Assembly: GCA_000934665.2 (NCBI GenBank)
Contig: JYFJ02003865.1
Location: forward strand, 1-36,913
Direction of reading: 5' to 3'
From: Catajapyx aquilonaris
Lineage: Eukaryota
DNA: 36,913 bases
In this document: positions 22,593-34,246 of the stretch, piece by piece
How positions within the stretch are numbered: position 1 is the first letter of the stretch
How the letters are laid out: each line of letters begins with the position of its first letter
The notes under the pieces: generated by a model
Seen by the model: only the letters and a program-made list of their open reading frames with translations
What the model was told of the DNA's origin: nothing
The model's database searches: none
Translations under genes and position numbers: made by a program

Positions 22593-24912
22593 TCAAGATT
22601 CCGTGACAGGCTCACGAGGCAGCCACCTGGATTGGTCCAAGGCATTCCAGAATTCGTAGGTCCGCTCCATCACCATTCGGTTCATGGTGTCTACGTCCAA
22701 TGGAAGGTTATGTTCTGTAAGAGGACAGGAATTGTCAATCCAAATTGGCCAGTACACAGTGATTGTACTTACCAATGAGCTCAAACTCATCCTCCTGCTC
22801 TGCTGGCTTCCCTGCGACGCCTGCAGCTCCCATGACTCCTCCAACCATCGCACCACCCATCATCGCTCCACCCATCACCTGCTGCTGGCCGCCTGCAATA
22901 CCCATGGTGGTCCCGTACCCCCCGTAATAGCTCCCGTAATTCTGCCAGGCAGCGTAGTTCTGCCAGTACTGCTCGTAATACTGGCTGTAATCGCCAGGCG
23001 TTGCAGCCACCTGACTTGTGGCCATGTTGGCCACGTTCATTCCCGACTGGTACATCTCCGACTGCTGTGCGAGGGTCTGGGCAGCCGTCAGCTGGGTGGT
23101 GGCCATTGTGCTGGCCATAGTTGTGGTGCTGGCCCCAGGCGAAGTGGACGTGGTGGACGAAGTGGTGGAGGTCGTGGATGGAGAGCTGCCCCATCCGTAC
23201 TTATACCCTTTCTGAACAGCCAGGCTCACTTTGATGGGACGTCCACCCAAGCCTCGGAAGCCGGACATCTGCACCAAGGCGTCCTTATGCTCGTCCTCAT
23301 TAGCAAAGTGGATGAATCCGTACCCTCGGCTGAATCCAGAGTTGTCCATGATCACTAGTGGAGTGAGAATATGGGTCGCAAGGTGTCACAATCGATACTG
23401 CACAACTGACCTTTGGCTGTACGGATTGACTGATACCGAGTGGCAAAGGCTTGGTACAGTGCGTAGTCGTCAACATCCGGAGTCAGGTCACCTATCCACA
23501 AACTGAATTCACGATCAAGCTGCGGACGTCCGCTCACACTTGCATGATTCAGCTTGAAGCGGACAGGCTGGAAAGCAAATAGTCTTTTTACAAACAGTGT
23601 GTGGCATAAACCTAAAAGTCATCAAATGTATGCCCTTTCAACCAATGCTACAAACAAGCTTCCCGTAATAATGAAAAACATCGTATGTATCTCTACTGAT
23701 AAACCAACATGTACTGCAGGTTTCCCCCACATTTCAATAACAGCGAGTTGGTTAAAAAAAATTTAAACAAGCCTCTCTTGTCACCATATAATCACCTTCA
23801 CAGGCTGACTGTTCGGGATGACCTTTCCGTTCAGCCTGTGCATGGCCGTAAGCGCAACCTGGTCGTCCTTGAACTGCACGAAGCAATATCCGGCTGGCTC
23901 GCCCGTGAACTTGTTGCGCATCACCTTCACGTTCAGCGCCTCTTCGCCCATCTGGAGAAACGCATTCTTCACAAAGGGCTCGTCCATGTATGCCTCAAGC
24001 TGAAATAGGGGGTCTGAATATTAGGACAATTAACAAGACGTACATTGTTTATTATTGCTTCTGAATTTTTAATAAATATATTCAGTCGATTGTCCGGCCA
24101 AGTTTTGAATTTAAAAAATATATATACAGGGTGGTCCAAGTTCAAGTGTCGTTTTATAACGGCGATTAATAGAAGCGCTTAACGATGACGTAGCAGCGAC
24201 GTGTAAAATTGCCCACTTCGATGGCGCCGAAGATGCGCCGAAGTGGGACATTTTACACGTCGCTGCTACGTCATTGCAAAATCACTGCTATTAATCGCCG
24301 TTATAAAACGACACTTGAACTTGGACCACCCTGCATATCCCGCTGATTGTTCAGTAGGGGCCTAACGTAATTAATTTTTTGTTTAAATATTATGGTGATT
24401 GTAAGGCAATGTTCTGAATTTTAATATATTCTGTTGTTCCGTAACGTACTGAATTTTTTTTTTTAAATAAAAATTCTGTCAATTGTACGGCCAAGTTCTG
24501 AAATATCCAGTTGATTGTACATCCAACTTTCTGAATTAAACATTTTCCGTTGATTGCACAGTTATGATTTTTTTTAAAAAAATGGCTGATTGTGCGTATG
24601 CCATGTAACAGTAAGACTCAGATTATAATAATTTTTACTGTTACATACGCCGCCATTTTGTCTCGCCATTTTTTTTCCACTGATTGTACCGCAACATTTG
24701 GGTCGTTATTTTTTTTATACAACTAATTATAGATCGTCCGGCCAACAATTGCGTTCTAAAACGACAGAAATTAAGATGTGCCGTGACTTTAGCCATAAGA
24801 ACGGAGTGTATTGACCTTCTTTTTTCTAATTCTTTTTTTCTTCTTAACCCTAGGGCCGCCCCTTCCATTAATTACTCACGCCGCCCATCCAGAGCGAGCC
24901 TTCCCGACTCAT
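22593..24912 (-). CDS. TRNAU1AP: tRNA selenocysteine 1-associated protein 1 (SECp43), about 363 aa; exons 24912-24880, 23999-23802, 23567-23411, 23354-22773, 22714-22593
   Basis: SLWMGGLEAYMDE...AGYCFVQF...LNGKVIPNSQPPVRFKLNHA (RRM1); FSLWIGDLTPDVDD...SRGYGFIHF...GLGGRPIKVSLA (RRM2); Tyr-rich stretch; C-terminal LDVDTMNR...FWNALDQSRW. All introns are GT-AG and in frame. Confidence 0.95.
24127..24333. mobile_element. Palindromic Tc1/mariner-type MITE (207 bp) in TRNAU1AP intron 1
   Basis: CAGGGTGGTCCAAGTTCAAGTGTCGTTTTATAACGGCGATTAATAG ... CTATTAATCGCCGTTATAAAACGACACTTGAACTTGGACCACCCTG. Almost the whole element is an inverted repeat. TA on the left, CA on the right. Confidence 0.9.
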
Positions 24913-25279
24913 GGTCGCCGTCTTCGGTGTGTGTCTTGGAATCGATCGAAATGAAAAAAATATATATTGGCGGAAGAAGAAGAACCGATGAGCACACGAC
25001 GCGTCCTCAGGAAGGAATGGGCCGGGCGGGGGAAAACGTTTGGAAGCCTTAAGAGGAAGACATGTTGGAGCTCGGATCGGGTCACGTGACGGGATTTGCT
25101 GCGGTCCGATTGGCTTCAAATCCAGAGCAGCAACATGGCGGCGACCAAGTCCAACTGTTATATTAGTCGGCGCAATTGTAACGGCTACGCGTTACCAGCA
25201 GCTAGGAATCAGCTACTACGCTTTAGACATTTAATATAGATATAGCATAGCTGATAATACATATTTACATTTATTATGA

Positions 25280-25785
25280 AATATTATTTATTAAATTATT
25301 GTCAAATTAATTACTAATTAGGAATAAAATATTTTATTGTAGAATGAAATTGTTAATAATAATTAATTATTAGGAATAAAATATTATTTATTGTAGAAAG
25401 AAATTGTTAATAATTAGGAATAAATTCATATTTATTGTAGAATTAAATTGTTAATAATTAATAATTAGGAATAAATTCATATTTTTTATAGAATTAAATT
25501 GTTAATAATAATTAAGATTAAATTCATATTTTTTTGCAGAATTAAATTGTTCATACTAATTAATAATTAGGAATAAATTCATATTATTTGTTGTATAATT
25601 AAATTGTTAATAATTAATAATTAGGAATAAATTCATATTATTTATTGTATAATTAAATTGTTAATAATAATTAATAATTAGGAATAAATTTATATTTATT
25701 AATTATTGTTGGATAAAATTATTGTTAATAATTAGGACTAAATTTGGTATATATTAAATTATTGTAGAATTAAATTGTTACGAAT
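25280..25785. repeat. AT-rich minisatellite, about 10 imperfect units of about 50 bp
   Basis: Recurring TAATTAGGAATAAA(TTC)ATATT...TGTAGAATTAAATTGTTAATAAT between the SART3 3' end and the TRNAU1AP promoter. Confidence 0.9.
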
Positions 25786-25922
25786 AATTCTGCAGGAATG
25801 AGAGGCAAGAAATGATATGCAGCGCAAGTGTGTGAAAAATAAATGCAAAAAAAAGTACATGTTTATTACAGTAGTTATTCTTTTTAACATTTTCCAAGTG
25901 TCATCGAGACATGAACTGTGCC

Positions 25923-28900
25923 TCACATCAACAGTTTGCGGAAGTCCGCATTGCTCATGGCTGGTACTTTCCTCTTCTCCTCCGTCGTCTCACCTCCGTT
26001 CACCTTCGCACTGGTCCCGCTGGACGTCGGAACCTGGACGGACCTGGGGACGAACGAGAGCTGGCTCCTGCCCTTTCCACGTCTGTAAAAGAGCAAGTAC
26101 GTTAGGGGAAAATACGATGGTTGGGTACAATGGACACTTACATTCCCAGGTCCTTCTTGCCGCCTCCGAGTGACGCGATTATAGGCGTTATGGCAGACAC
26201 TGCGGCTTTGTTTCCACGCTGTGCCGCAAGCCCGCCTTCCTTACGTACTGGCGGGTTGCTCAGTGCGACGGATATGACCTTATCGCCTATCTTCATCCCG
26301 TCCGTCTTGACCAGAGCAACGGCAGCTGATGTCTGCAATAGCGACCCAACAATTATATGCCCATATTGCATTACAAGTACTAACCTCATCGGCGTAATCG
26401 ACATACGCGAATCCTTTCGAGTGTCCGTTCCTGTACGTAGCTAATCGGATGGCCTTTAGCTTCCCATGCGTTCCGAACAGTTCCTTCAGCTCCTCCTCGG
26501 TCGTCTCGAATGGCAATCCCTTCACGAACAGCTTGTTCTTTTCCAGCCCCATCGCAGCAACGTACGACGGGAGTCCTCGCAATCGCTTCTCCTGATCGCA
26601 TGGCGACACAAACATGGGTCGTCCTTCCAAGCGAGTACGATCGTGCTTCAATGCAGCTTGGGCCTCTCGCTGAAACATCAACAGTTACAAATTGTCACCG
26701 ATCACTGTGCAGACTCACCTGTTCGGAGTACACGACGTAGCAGAATCCTTTGGACCTGCCTTTAAAGTCCCGCACCAATCGGACCTCTTCGACCTTCCCG
26801 TACTGCGTGAAAGTCTCACGTATTTTGGGCTCCCCGACCGAGAAGTCCAGGTTGCTTACGAACACCGTCTGACAGTCTTTGGCCGGGTCGTGCTTCACCG
26901 TCTCGCCATGTTGCGGCTCCTTCTCTGTCTTCTCCGGCTCGGACTTATCCGCCTTTCCCGGCGCTGCTGGCTTTTTGAACACACCGGCTTCATCTGCATG
27001 TAAAAACATATTAAAATGTGCGGCCATATTAATCGCAGTCTCACCTTTCTTTAGTTTCTTCTTAGGAGGCTCCGGCGCTTTCATATCCTTCCGTTTGACC
27101 GCCATCCGCTTCTTAGGTTCCTCCCGCTCCGTCTTTTCTCGTTGAACCACCTTAGTCGCCACTTTAGTCTCTGCAGCCTCCAACGACTCCAGCGTCCCCC
27201 AGTCTCGCTCAAAGTCCAACCACGCTTCGCCCACATCCTCAGGCGCGTCTTTCGCAGCATCGATTGCCCTCTGGAATGTCCGTCTAACCTGCTTGGTTCC
27301 AACCCCGTTCGCAATCTCCAGACGAGCCAGTTCCAACCAGTTTCTGGCTCTGTGGCCGGTTTGGCTTAGTATGTCGGACCACAACTGGCGCGATTTTGGG
27401 AAGTCGCCGGATCGCATCTCGAACCGTGCCCACCACCTGAAACTGGAAGTGTATTAACTCGATCAAAACCAGTATGGACGGTTATTACCTGAGCAGGATA
27501 CAGTCGGGGTCGCCGTCTAGTCCGAAGTACTGCGCCAGATGCTCGCAAGCGCGGTTGAACGTTAAACGGATTTCTTCCTGGCTTCTTTCCAGCTCCTGTT
27601 CGCTTTCCGGCTGTGATGCGGGGATATTCCGCATGAGATACTCGATATAGGCGATCCAGACAGTGCGGTAATCCAATGCTGTTGTAAATCCGCTGCCCAA
27701 TGCACGCTCTATCAGCTCTGGAAAAGACGGAGGTCAGTCCAGGTTGAGATGCGGGTGAGACAATACCTTTGATTTTATTCCGGGGCTGCTCGAACCGCTC
27801 CATTGATCGGAGATAGCTGCACCACAGCCTTACTTCCCATGGACAGTTACGGACGGCCCGTTCGTGATTTGGCAAAGACGCCTCGGCCGACTTAAGCTGC
27901 ATATCCAAATACCGCGTGTAGTCCGCCCACAAGCCAGAATCGAGACAGCACTGACTCACAGCACGCTCGTACATACACTGGATACGCGCCGGATTTCCAC
28001 TGGTCATTTCCTGCAAAATCAATCCGTTATTCCGGCAATACGCACCGAATGTTGGAGCGTACCTGTTGAATATATTTCCAGTACACCTGCGCCTTCTCGG
28101 TGTCCGATGCTGCGTCCAGCTCCTCCTCGATGGGCTTGAGTGTCCGCAGCATCTCCTTTGCCTTTTTGTACGCAGACTGGTTGGCCGGCTCCTGATTATT
28201 GGCGGACATCCACTCTTCCATCTCATCCCAGGTCGACTCCATCCCCAGAAGCGGGATGGACAGCTGACGTTTGTATATGGACACGATGCGCATTTTCTGC
28301 CGCTGCTCGTCGTCTTGGGTTGTTTCACGGACCTAAAATTTGCGGGTTAAAGATGGCTGGGTTGAGTCGGGGTGGGACTGACCTGCGCTACGGCCAGCAG
28401 TGCGTTCTCAAACTCCCTGAATGCTTCCCAGAGTATAGCGCCTTTGGACAGATGTAAGCCGCCTGACGCTACGGCTCGTTCAAACAGCCGCCTGCATTCC
28501 TCGACGCTCTCTCCTCCGTCGCCCATTCCTCCGAGGGCGAACTGCACGTACTCCAGCCACACCTCCACGGACATGTAGTCCCGAATGGCCCGCTCAAACA
28601 GCCTTCGAACCCCTTCCTTCTCCTCCTTGCTGGAGGCCAGCTTGGACTCATCCGCTATCCAGTCCAGCCACAGCTGCTCGGACATGGGGAAGTGGCTGGA
28701 CATGAACTCACGGGCTGGACGCAGCCTGTCCAGGTCCGCAGTGCGACGCAGCAGCCCGATCAGCTCCACATGCTTGTCGTACATGTGCGGACTGGCCTTC
28801 ACCTGTTAATTAACAACGCAACTAATTAAGACGCATGCACAGCGTTGCATTGCTGTCATTTGTGTAATTAATTGACAGCCGACGTTCCAATCCCCCAATA

Positions 28901-29568
28901 AAGTGTGGTCATCAAAACCTGTGCTTCCAGCTCTTTGATCTGCCTCTCCGTCTCCTCGTCCTTCTCGTCCTCATCCGACGACGATGAGGAGGAGGAGGAC
29001 GACGACCCACCCTGGACGTCCATGGCGTCTCCGTCTCCACCAGGCGTCTCCTCCTCCTCCTCCTCCGAAGACGTCGAAGCGTCGCTCTCCCAGAGTTGCC
29101 AGATCGTGAGATCGAGTAAATGGTACCAACCCTCGAAATTAATGGTACTTTTCCGGAAAAGATGGTACATTTCAAAAATGGTGTAATTAATGTTAATTAA
29201 AGACAATTTAAATTTAAATAGCCGTAATTAAAAAGTTAAACATGATAAAGTAGTCGAAACCGGGGAAAGTAGTAAAGTACTGGCGGGGAGGGAAAAGCGC
29301 GCCGCAGGCGATTTTTTTTTAGGTTCAAGGTCACACAAGTTTTGGTGAATGTAACCTACTGGGAGATCTGAATAGGTGTATATGTGGTTAAATTGGTATC
29401 ACTTTTTTCATGGAAGTGGAATTACAGAGTAACATTGGACATGACAAAATAAGGTACTTTTTGCGTACCATTATGGTACATGGTACGGAACCCGAAAATA
29501 TGGTATGAATACCATAATTATGGTACATCTGGTAACACTGCGCTCTCCTCTTCCATACCGGCCTCCAT
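25923..29568 (-). CDS. SART3: SART3/Prp24 U4/U6 snRNP recycling factor; exons 29568-(insertion)-28919, 28802-28383, 28332-28063, 28010-27767, 27717-27489, 27436-27045, 26993-26719, 26669-26385, 26332-26142, 26082-25923
   Basis: Acidic N-terminus; HAT repeats (LWLDWIADE, LFERAIRDYMSVEVWLEY, YKRQLSIPLLGME, HERAVRNCPW); two RRMs (TVFVSNL...SKGFCYV; KLFVKGLP...SKGFAYVDY); C-terminal LSm-binding motif MSNADFRKLLM. The 5' end is interrupted by a transposon. Confidence 0.95.
29091..29540. mobile_element. Non-autonomous DNA transposon (hAT-like), 450 bp, 8-bp TSD
   Basis: TIRs CAGAGTTGCCAGAT / ATCTGGTAACACTG (12 of 14 match). Identical TSD CGCTCTCC at 29083-29090 and 29541-29548. Subterminal ATGGTAC repeats at both ends. 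Confidence 0.93.
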
Positions 29569-29649
29569 CTTGGAACTTGCCAAGATAACAGTTACTTAAC
29601 TGGAAAACAGCCAGCCAAAGGACAAGCTAATATATTAGCTCAATTATTA

Positions 29650-30375
29650 TTCTATAGCTGCTATTGGAAATAGCAGCTACAGTTTTGATAGCGACATGTT
29701 ATTGCAAATAGCTACGATCAAATGCATAGCTGCTGTTTAAAACAATAGCTATCGGCCAGCTTTTGTAGCTGTGGTTGCAAATAGCGGCTACTTCCGATCG
29801 TAGCTGTTGTTGCCAATAAGTTAGTTGCTTCATTTGATCGTAGCTGTTGTTGCGAATAGCTGCTACCACCGATTGTAGCTGTTGTTGCAAATAGCTGCTA
29901 CCACCGATCGTAACTGTTGTTGCGAATAGCTGCTACCTCCGATCGTAGCTTTTGTTGCGAATAGCTACTGCTTCCGATCGTAGCTGTTGTTGCAAAAAGC
30001 GGCTACATTTGATCGTAGCTATTTGCAATTACATGTCCATCAAATGTAGCTGCTGTTTACAATATTGTAAACAGCAATGCATGCCGTTCAAAATGTAGCT
30101 GCTGTTCACAATAATAGCTTTCGGCCGGCTTTCGTAGCTGTTATTGCAAATAGCCGTAAACTGAAACGAAGGTACTAATATAATTATAATAGCTGCATAC
30201 AATCTTATAGGCTTGATAAGCTGTTATTTGTGCAAGACAGTTATCGTTCGTAAGATGTCAATGTATCAGCTATTTACAAGTAGCTGCTTATGGTGTGAGT
30301 TAACTGCTATGAAATTTGATTTTCCAGCTACATTGGGATGGCTTATCAGCTTATGACTACTTGAAGTAGCTGCTA
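29650..30375. repeat. TAGCT-rich repeat complex with a central 35-bp tandem array
   Basis: GATCGTAGCTGTTGTTGCGAATAGCTGCTACCACC-like units at 29836, 29871, 29906, 29941, 29976 and 30011. 29701-29724 is the exact reverse complement of 30006-30029. Confidence 0.9.
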
Positions 30376-30744
30376 TGCGTATTTGGTCGAAGGTTTTTTT
30401 TGGAAAAGATTTTCCGTTGGATTTGTTCGGTTGAGTTGTTCGATTTTTTTGGGAGCAAATTTGCTAATTGGTAATGCTAATTTGTAGTAAATATTAATTG
30501 CTAATGATGTAGATGCCTTTAGGCCAGATGGGCCAGATGTTGTGCATGCTGTTGTTGGAAGCGGTTTGATAGAGGTGAGTGAAAATGCAAAGTTTGATAA
30601 GTTTTTCCCGAAATGATGTTCCATTTTGGGGGTACTGATTATTACAATAGTGTACTTGCCTAGGAATAGTTGAAGCTAATTACAAGCATGTACTTGTAAG
30701 GATAACTGACACTGAAAATGAACAATTAAAGCTAACCGTACGCT

Positions 30745-30840
30745 TACATGTGTACTTGTAATCGAAGCTAATTACATGTGTACCTGTAATCGAAGCTAAT
30801 TACATGTGTACTTGTAATCAAAGCATGTGTACTTGTAATT
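30745..30840. repeat. 28-bp tandem repeat (TTACATGTGTACTTGTAATCGAAGCTAA), about 3.5 copies
   Basis: Direct inspection; more degenerate copies at about 30675-30700. Confidence 0.85.
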
Positions 30841-30915
30841 TAAGTTTGTAGGGGTTTGTCATTGCAGCTTCATATACATGCAGCATTTTTGTTACAGGCG
30901 TTGAGTGGACCAGGT

Positions 30916-33229
30916 ATGATGTACCAGTATGGGACGGTGCTTGGCGACCGTCCGCAGTCGTCGTACAGCCTGCGTTCGAGTAAGCATTCCCTGGAGAAGG
31001 CCCTGGTGCAGAGAAGGAACATGGTTGAGCGCCACTGGGAGCTGAGGGATCAGGCGTACACTTTCTTCAAGGAAGGCCAGAAGTTGTTGGATAAGAAGAG
31101 GGCAATCGAGTCAGATCAGGCCAAGCTGGCCAGGTGAGGTTGTAGGGTAAATACCATCTGAAATGACATTAACGGTTGCGTTTTTAAAGCCTGGCTGCGT
31201 ACCAGGAATCCAAGTCGCCGGAGATGAAGCAGCGTCACCTGCAAGAGCGTCGTGAGCGCCTACGTGCCTTCCTGCAGACGGAACAGGAGAGTTTCGATGT
31301 GCAACTGGAGGCGCTGAAGGAATCGGAGAAGAAGAAGGCTTACAACTCAAAGGAGATGGATTACCTAACGGTGGAACTACGACGGAGGAAGGAAGAGGCA
31401 CTGCTGAGAGAGGCTGAGCTGATTCAGTTTGAGAGGTCCGGGTTTACAGTTAATGTGCTATGTCACATGTAATTAAATAAATATCTGCATACTGCACATG
31501 CGTAGATTCACATCACCCTAAAAAAATTAATAATTTCAGTTACAAGTAGCACACTGAGAACATCGCAGTACAGTTGCAGCTCTTTCTTAATGATGCTACG
31601 TCATCGATGTAATTTTATGATCGCTGTAGCATGGTAATTGATTCAATTAGATGTGTACTGAACCTGCGTTACATTTGCAGATGGAAGGCAAGTCGTCCAG
31701 TGCTTCGTCAGACAGAGTCGAAACTGCAGAATGAATTTTCCCGTCGTCTGTGGGCTGCCCAGGTGAAGGAGCGCCTGGAGCGGGAGAATCTGGAGCGGAA
31801 AAGGAAGGAAGAGGAGGCGAAGCAGGTGTTGGAACGAGCACGGGAGGAGGAAGAGAAGGAACTTGAAAAGGAAAAAACAAGGAGAGACAGGTTGTCAATT
31901 TGGAGGAAGGAGCTGTTGCAACAGGTCGGTAGAAAGGTTTAGGTTATGAGGCCACGTTATGATACGATTGTTGCAGGTGCAAGAGTTGAAAGAACGAGAG
32001 AAGGAATACGCCGAGTTGTGTGTGGACGAGAAGCGCTTGTGGGAGGAGAAAGAGAAGGTGGAGGAGGCCATGGAGTGGAAGAAACGAGCAGAGCAGCGGC
32101 GGAAGGCTAGTGAACTGCGGGTTTTCTGGACCAGGCAAGCTCAGGCCAGGCTTCGGCAAAGGGCCAAAGAGGTGAAGGAGGAAGTGGAGGAGGCAGCAGA
32201 GATGCTTGAAAGGCTGGCCAAGCAGATGCAGGAGGAGAAGTGGAAGAAGGAAGAGGGACGGAGGCAACTAAAAGACGAACTGGACCAGGCCAGGAATGAT
32301 CTACAAAAGCAACTGGCTGTTGAGAAGAAGCGGAGAGAAGACGATGACTTCATGTTCCAGTCGGTGTTGTGTACACCAGCTTTATACCAACCATTTTTGA
32401 CACTCGTATTGTTTGCAGGGAGGAAGCGGAGGAGATGTGGCGCAAACGGGAGGCCGAATGGGATTTCGAACGGGCCGCCAGACAGGCCCTGCTTGACCAA
32501 GTGACTTTGCATTTGAAGAAGCAAGTGAATGAGCGGATGTTGGCCAAAAAGAAGGAGCAAGAGGAGTGCGTGCGGCGGAGGGAGGAGCTGGTGGCAGAAC
32601 TGGAGCGGTTGCAGAAGGATGAGTTGGAGGAAGCCGAGGCTGCGGCCAAGAGGAAGGAAGAGCTGGCAAGGCGGCTGATGCAGCAGGTGGATACAAAGAA
32701 GAGGGAGGAAGAGGAAATATTGAGGATGGAGCAGGCTAAGCAGGAGGCTATGAAGAAGGTGGACGAAGCGGATAGAGTCATTGAGGATGTCGTACGCGAG
32801 AGGATGGAACGAGCTGGATTCCAGCCGAAGGTGAGGTTCAAGCTATGGTCATGAGCGTCAGTAATTTGTGCACGTTAGAGGTTTATACGAATACCGTATT
32901 TGACGGCCCCATTTCAGCAGATCATATTCAGGGAAAAAAAGTTTGTGTTGTATTTTCGCATATAAGACGCGGGGCGATTTTTTGAGCTAATTTTTGAGGG
33001 AAAAAAAGTGCTGTCAAATAACGCTTATTGCCAACAATTCGTTTGAATTTAATGTGGGCAGTTGTCTAATTTTATTGCTCTTTACCTTCTGCAATGAGCC
33101 GCTCCGTAAACTGTGAGTGTCCCTTCAAGTGCGCATTAATATTTGCCATTTATTGTCGTTTATGCGAATGTATTAATTATTGCCATTTCTTTTCAGTTTT
33201 GGGGCTACAGGCGTGTGCCGTGGATTTGA
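30916..33229 (+). CDS. TCHP: Trichoplein keratin filament-binding protein; exons 30916-31133, 31190-31435, 31681-31924, 31977-32359, 32419-32830, 33197-33229
   Basis: E/K/R-rich coiled coil with SLAAYQE..MKQRHLQERRERLRAFLQTEQ, RWKASRPVLRQTE and EEAEEMWRKREAEWDFERAARQALLDQV, ending GFQPKFWGYRRVPWI*. All match trichoplein motifs. Introns are GT-AG and in frame. Confidence 0.88.
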
Positions 33230-34153
33230 CGCTTGTTGCGACCGTTGCGGGTTGTGTTTGATTGTTTTGACGACGCATGTTTTACGAATGTACACATCAC
33301 TGCCATTTTATAGTGTGGACAGAACTGTAATAAATTATTAATTCATTAATGTTTGGACCGCAACACTTTTGTTATCACTTGCCCCATTTTACCTTATGAC
33401 TAATTTTGTTGTTGTCATTTGACCGTGTGATATGTTGGGTATTGGCCGTTTGATGTGCGATAAGGTGTAGTGTGGTTCAAGTGTGTGGCCAGTGACACTG
33501 CTAGATTGAAAGGTATCCTTAGTCGTTAGCATGAATTCACAAGGGCGTTGTCGATGCGGTTGACATCCACAGAAGACAACGAACAGAGGCAACTGAGGCC
33601 ATCCCAACACGTGTTACTGCCTTGTTGTGTCCCCCCCTCCATCCAACCCTCATCCATTAAGCAGGATGACCCCCAGACTGGTGACAGTTCAATCATCTGG
33701 AGGCCCTCCGGGTTCGAACCCCTCCCCCCTTACTACTCTTTACTCTCCAACCCAAACCCCTCGGACTAATCACTCATTTGTCACCAAAAGCATCCCGAGT
33801 TAGATGGATGGGCCTTGCACTTACAAGGAAGGGTCTGAAGAATTACGACCACTTCCGGTTCATTAAGTGGTCAAATGGCCCGGACAAACTTCCTGGGGAT
33901 GCTGCTCCCTAATTTAGGTCTATGATCTGGTAGAAAATATATCTACACATCTACAGTGTAGAAATTGGCTGGTATGTGACTCTGTCCAGGGTGAGTCATC
34001 AGCGAGACCGAAACTCACGCACGACAACGTAGCCAGGGGCCAATTAATGAATAATTAAAATATTAAATAATTAAATTTAAAACCAGTCCATTAATTGCAA
34101 TCAATTAATTAATATATAAATCGTGTAATTTTGAGATGACAAATCAATTAAAT

Positions 34154-34246
34154 TACTATACTACTACTACTACTACTACTACTGACAGTAGTAGTAGTAG
34201 TAGAAGTAGTAGTAGTAGTAGTAGTAGTGATGATGATGATAATAAT
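34154..34246. repeat. Head-to-head (ACT)n/(AGT)n trinucleotide repeat grading into (TGA)n/(TAA)n
   Basis: About 8 ACT units, then GAC, then about 14 AGT units. Confidence 0.95.

Noticed and set aside
22520..22595. TGA stop of TRNAU1AP as a possible selenocysteine readthrough
   Set aside because: The conserved C-terminus ends before the TGA, the extension looks random, and I saw no convincing SECIS.
22684..23358. Long antisense ORFs over TRNAU1AP (and similar ones over SART3, TCHP, THAP and the IRs)
   Set aside because: Shadow frames of GC-rich coding exons.
29796..30030. Regularly spaced 35-bp repeats that look like a CRISPR array
   Set aside because: Units are contiguous with no unique spacers, there are no cas genes, and the context is eukaryotic. 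It is a minisatellite.
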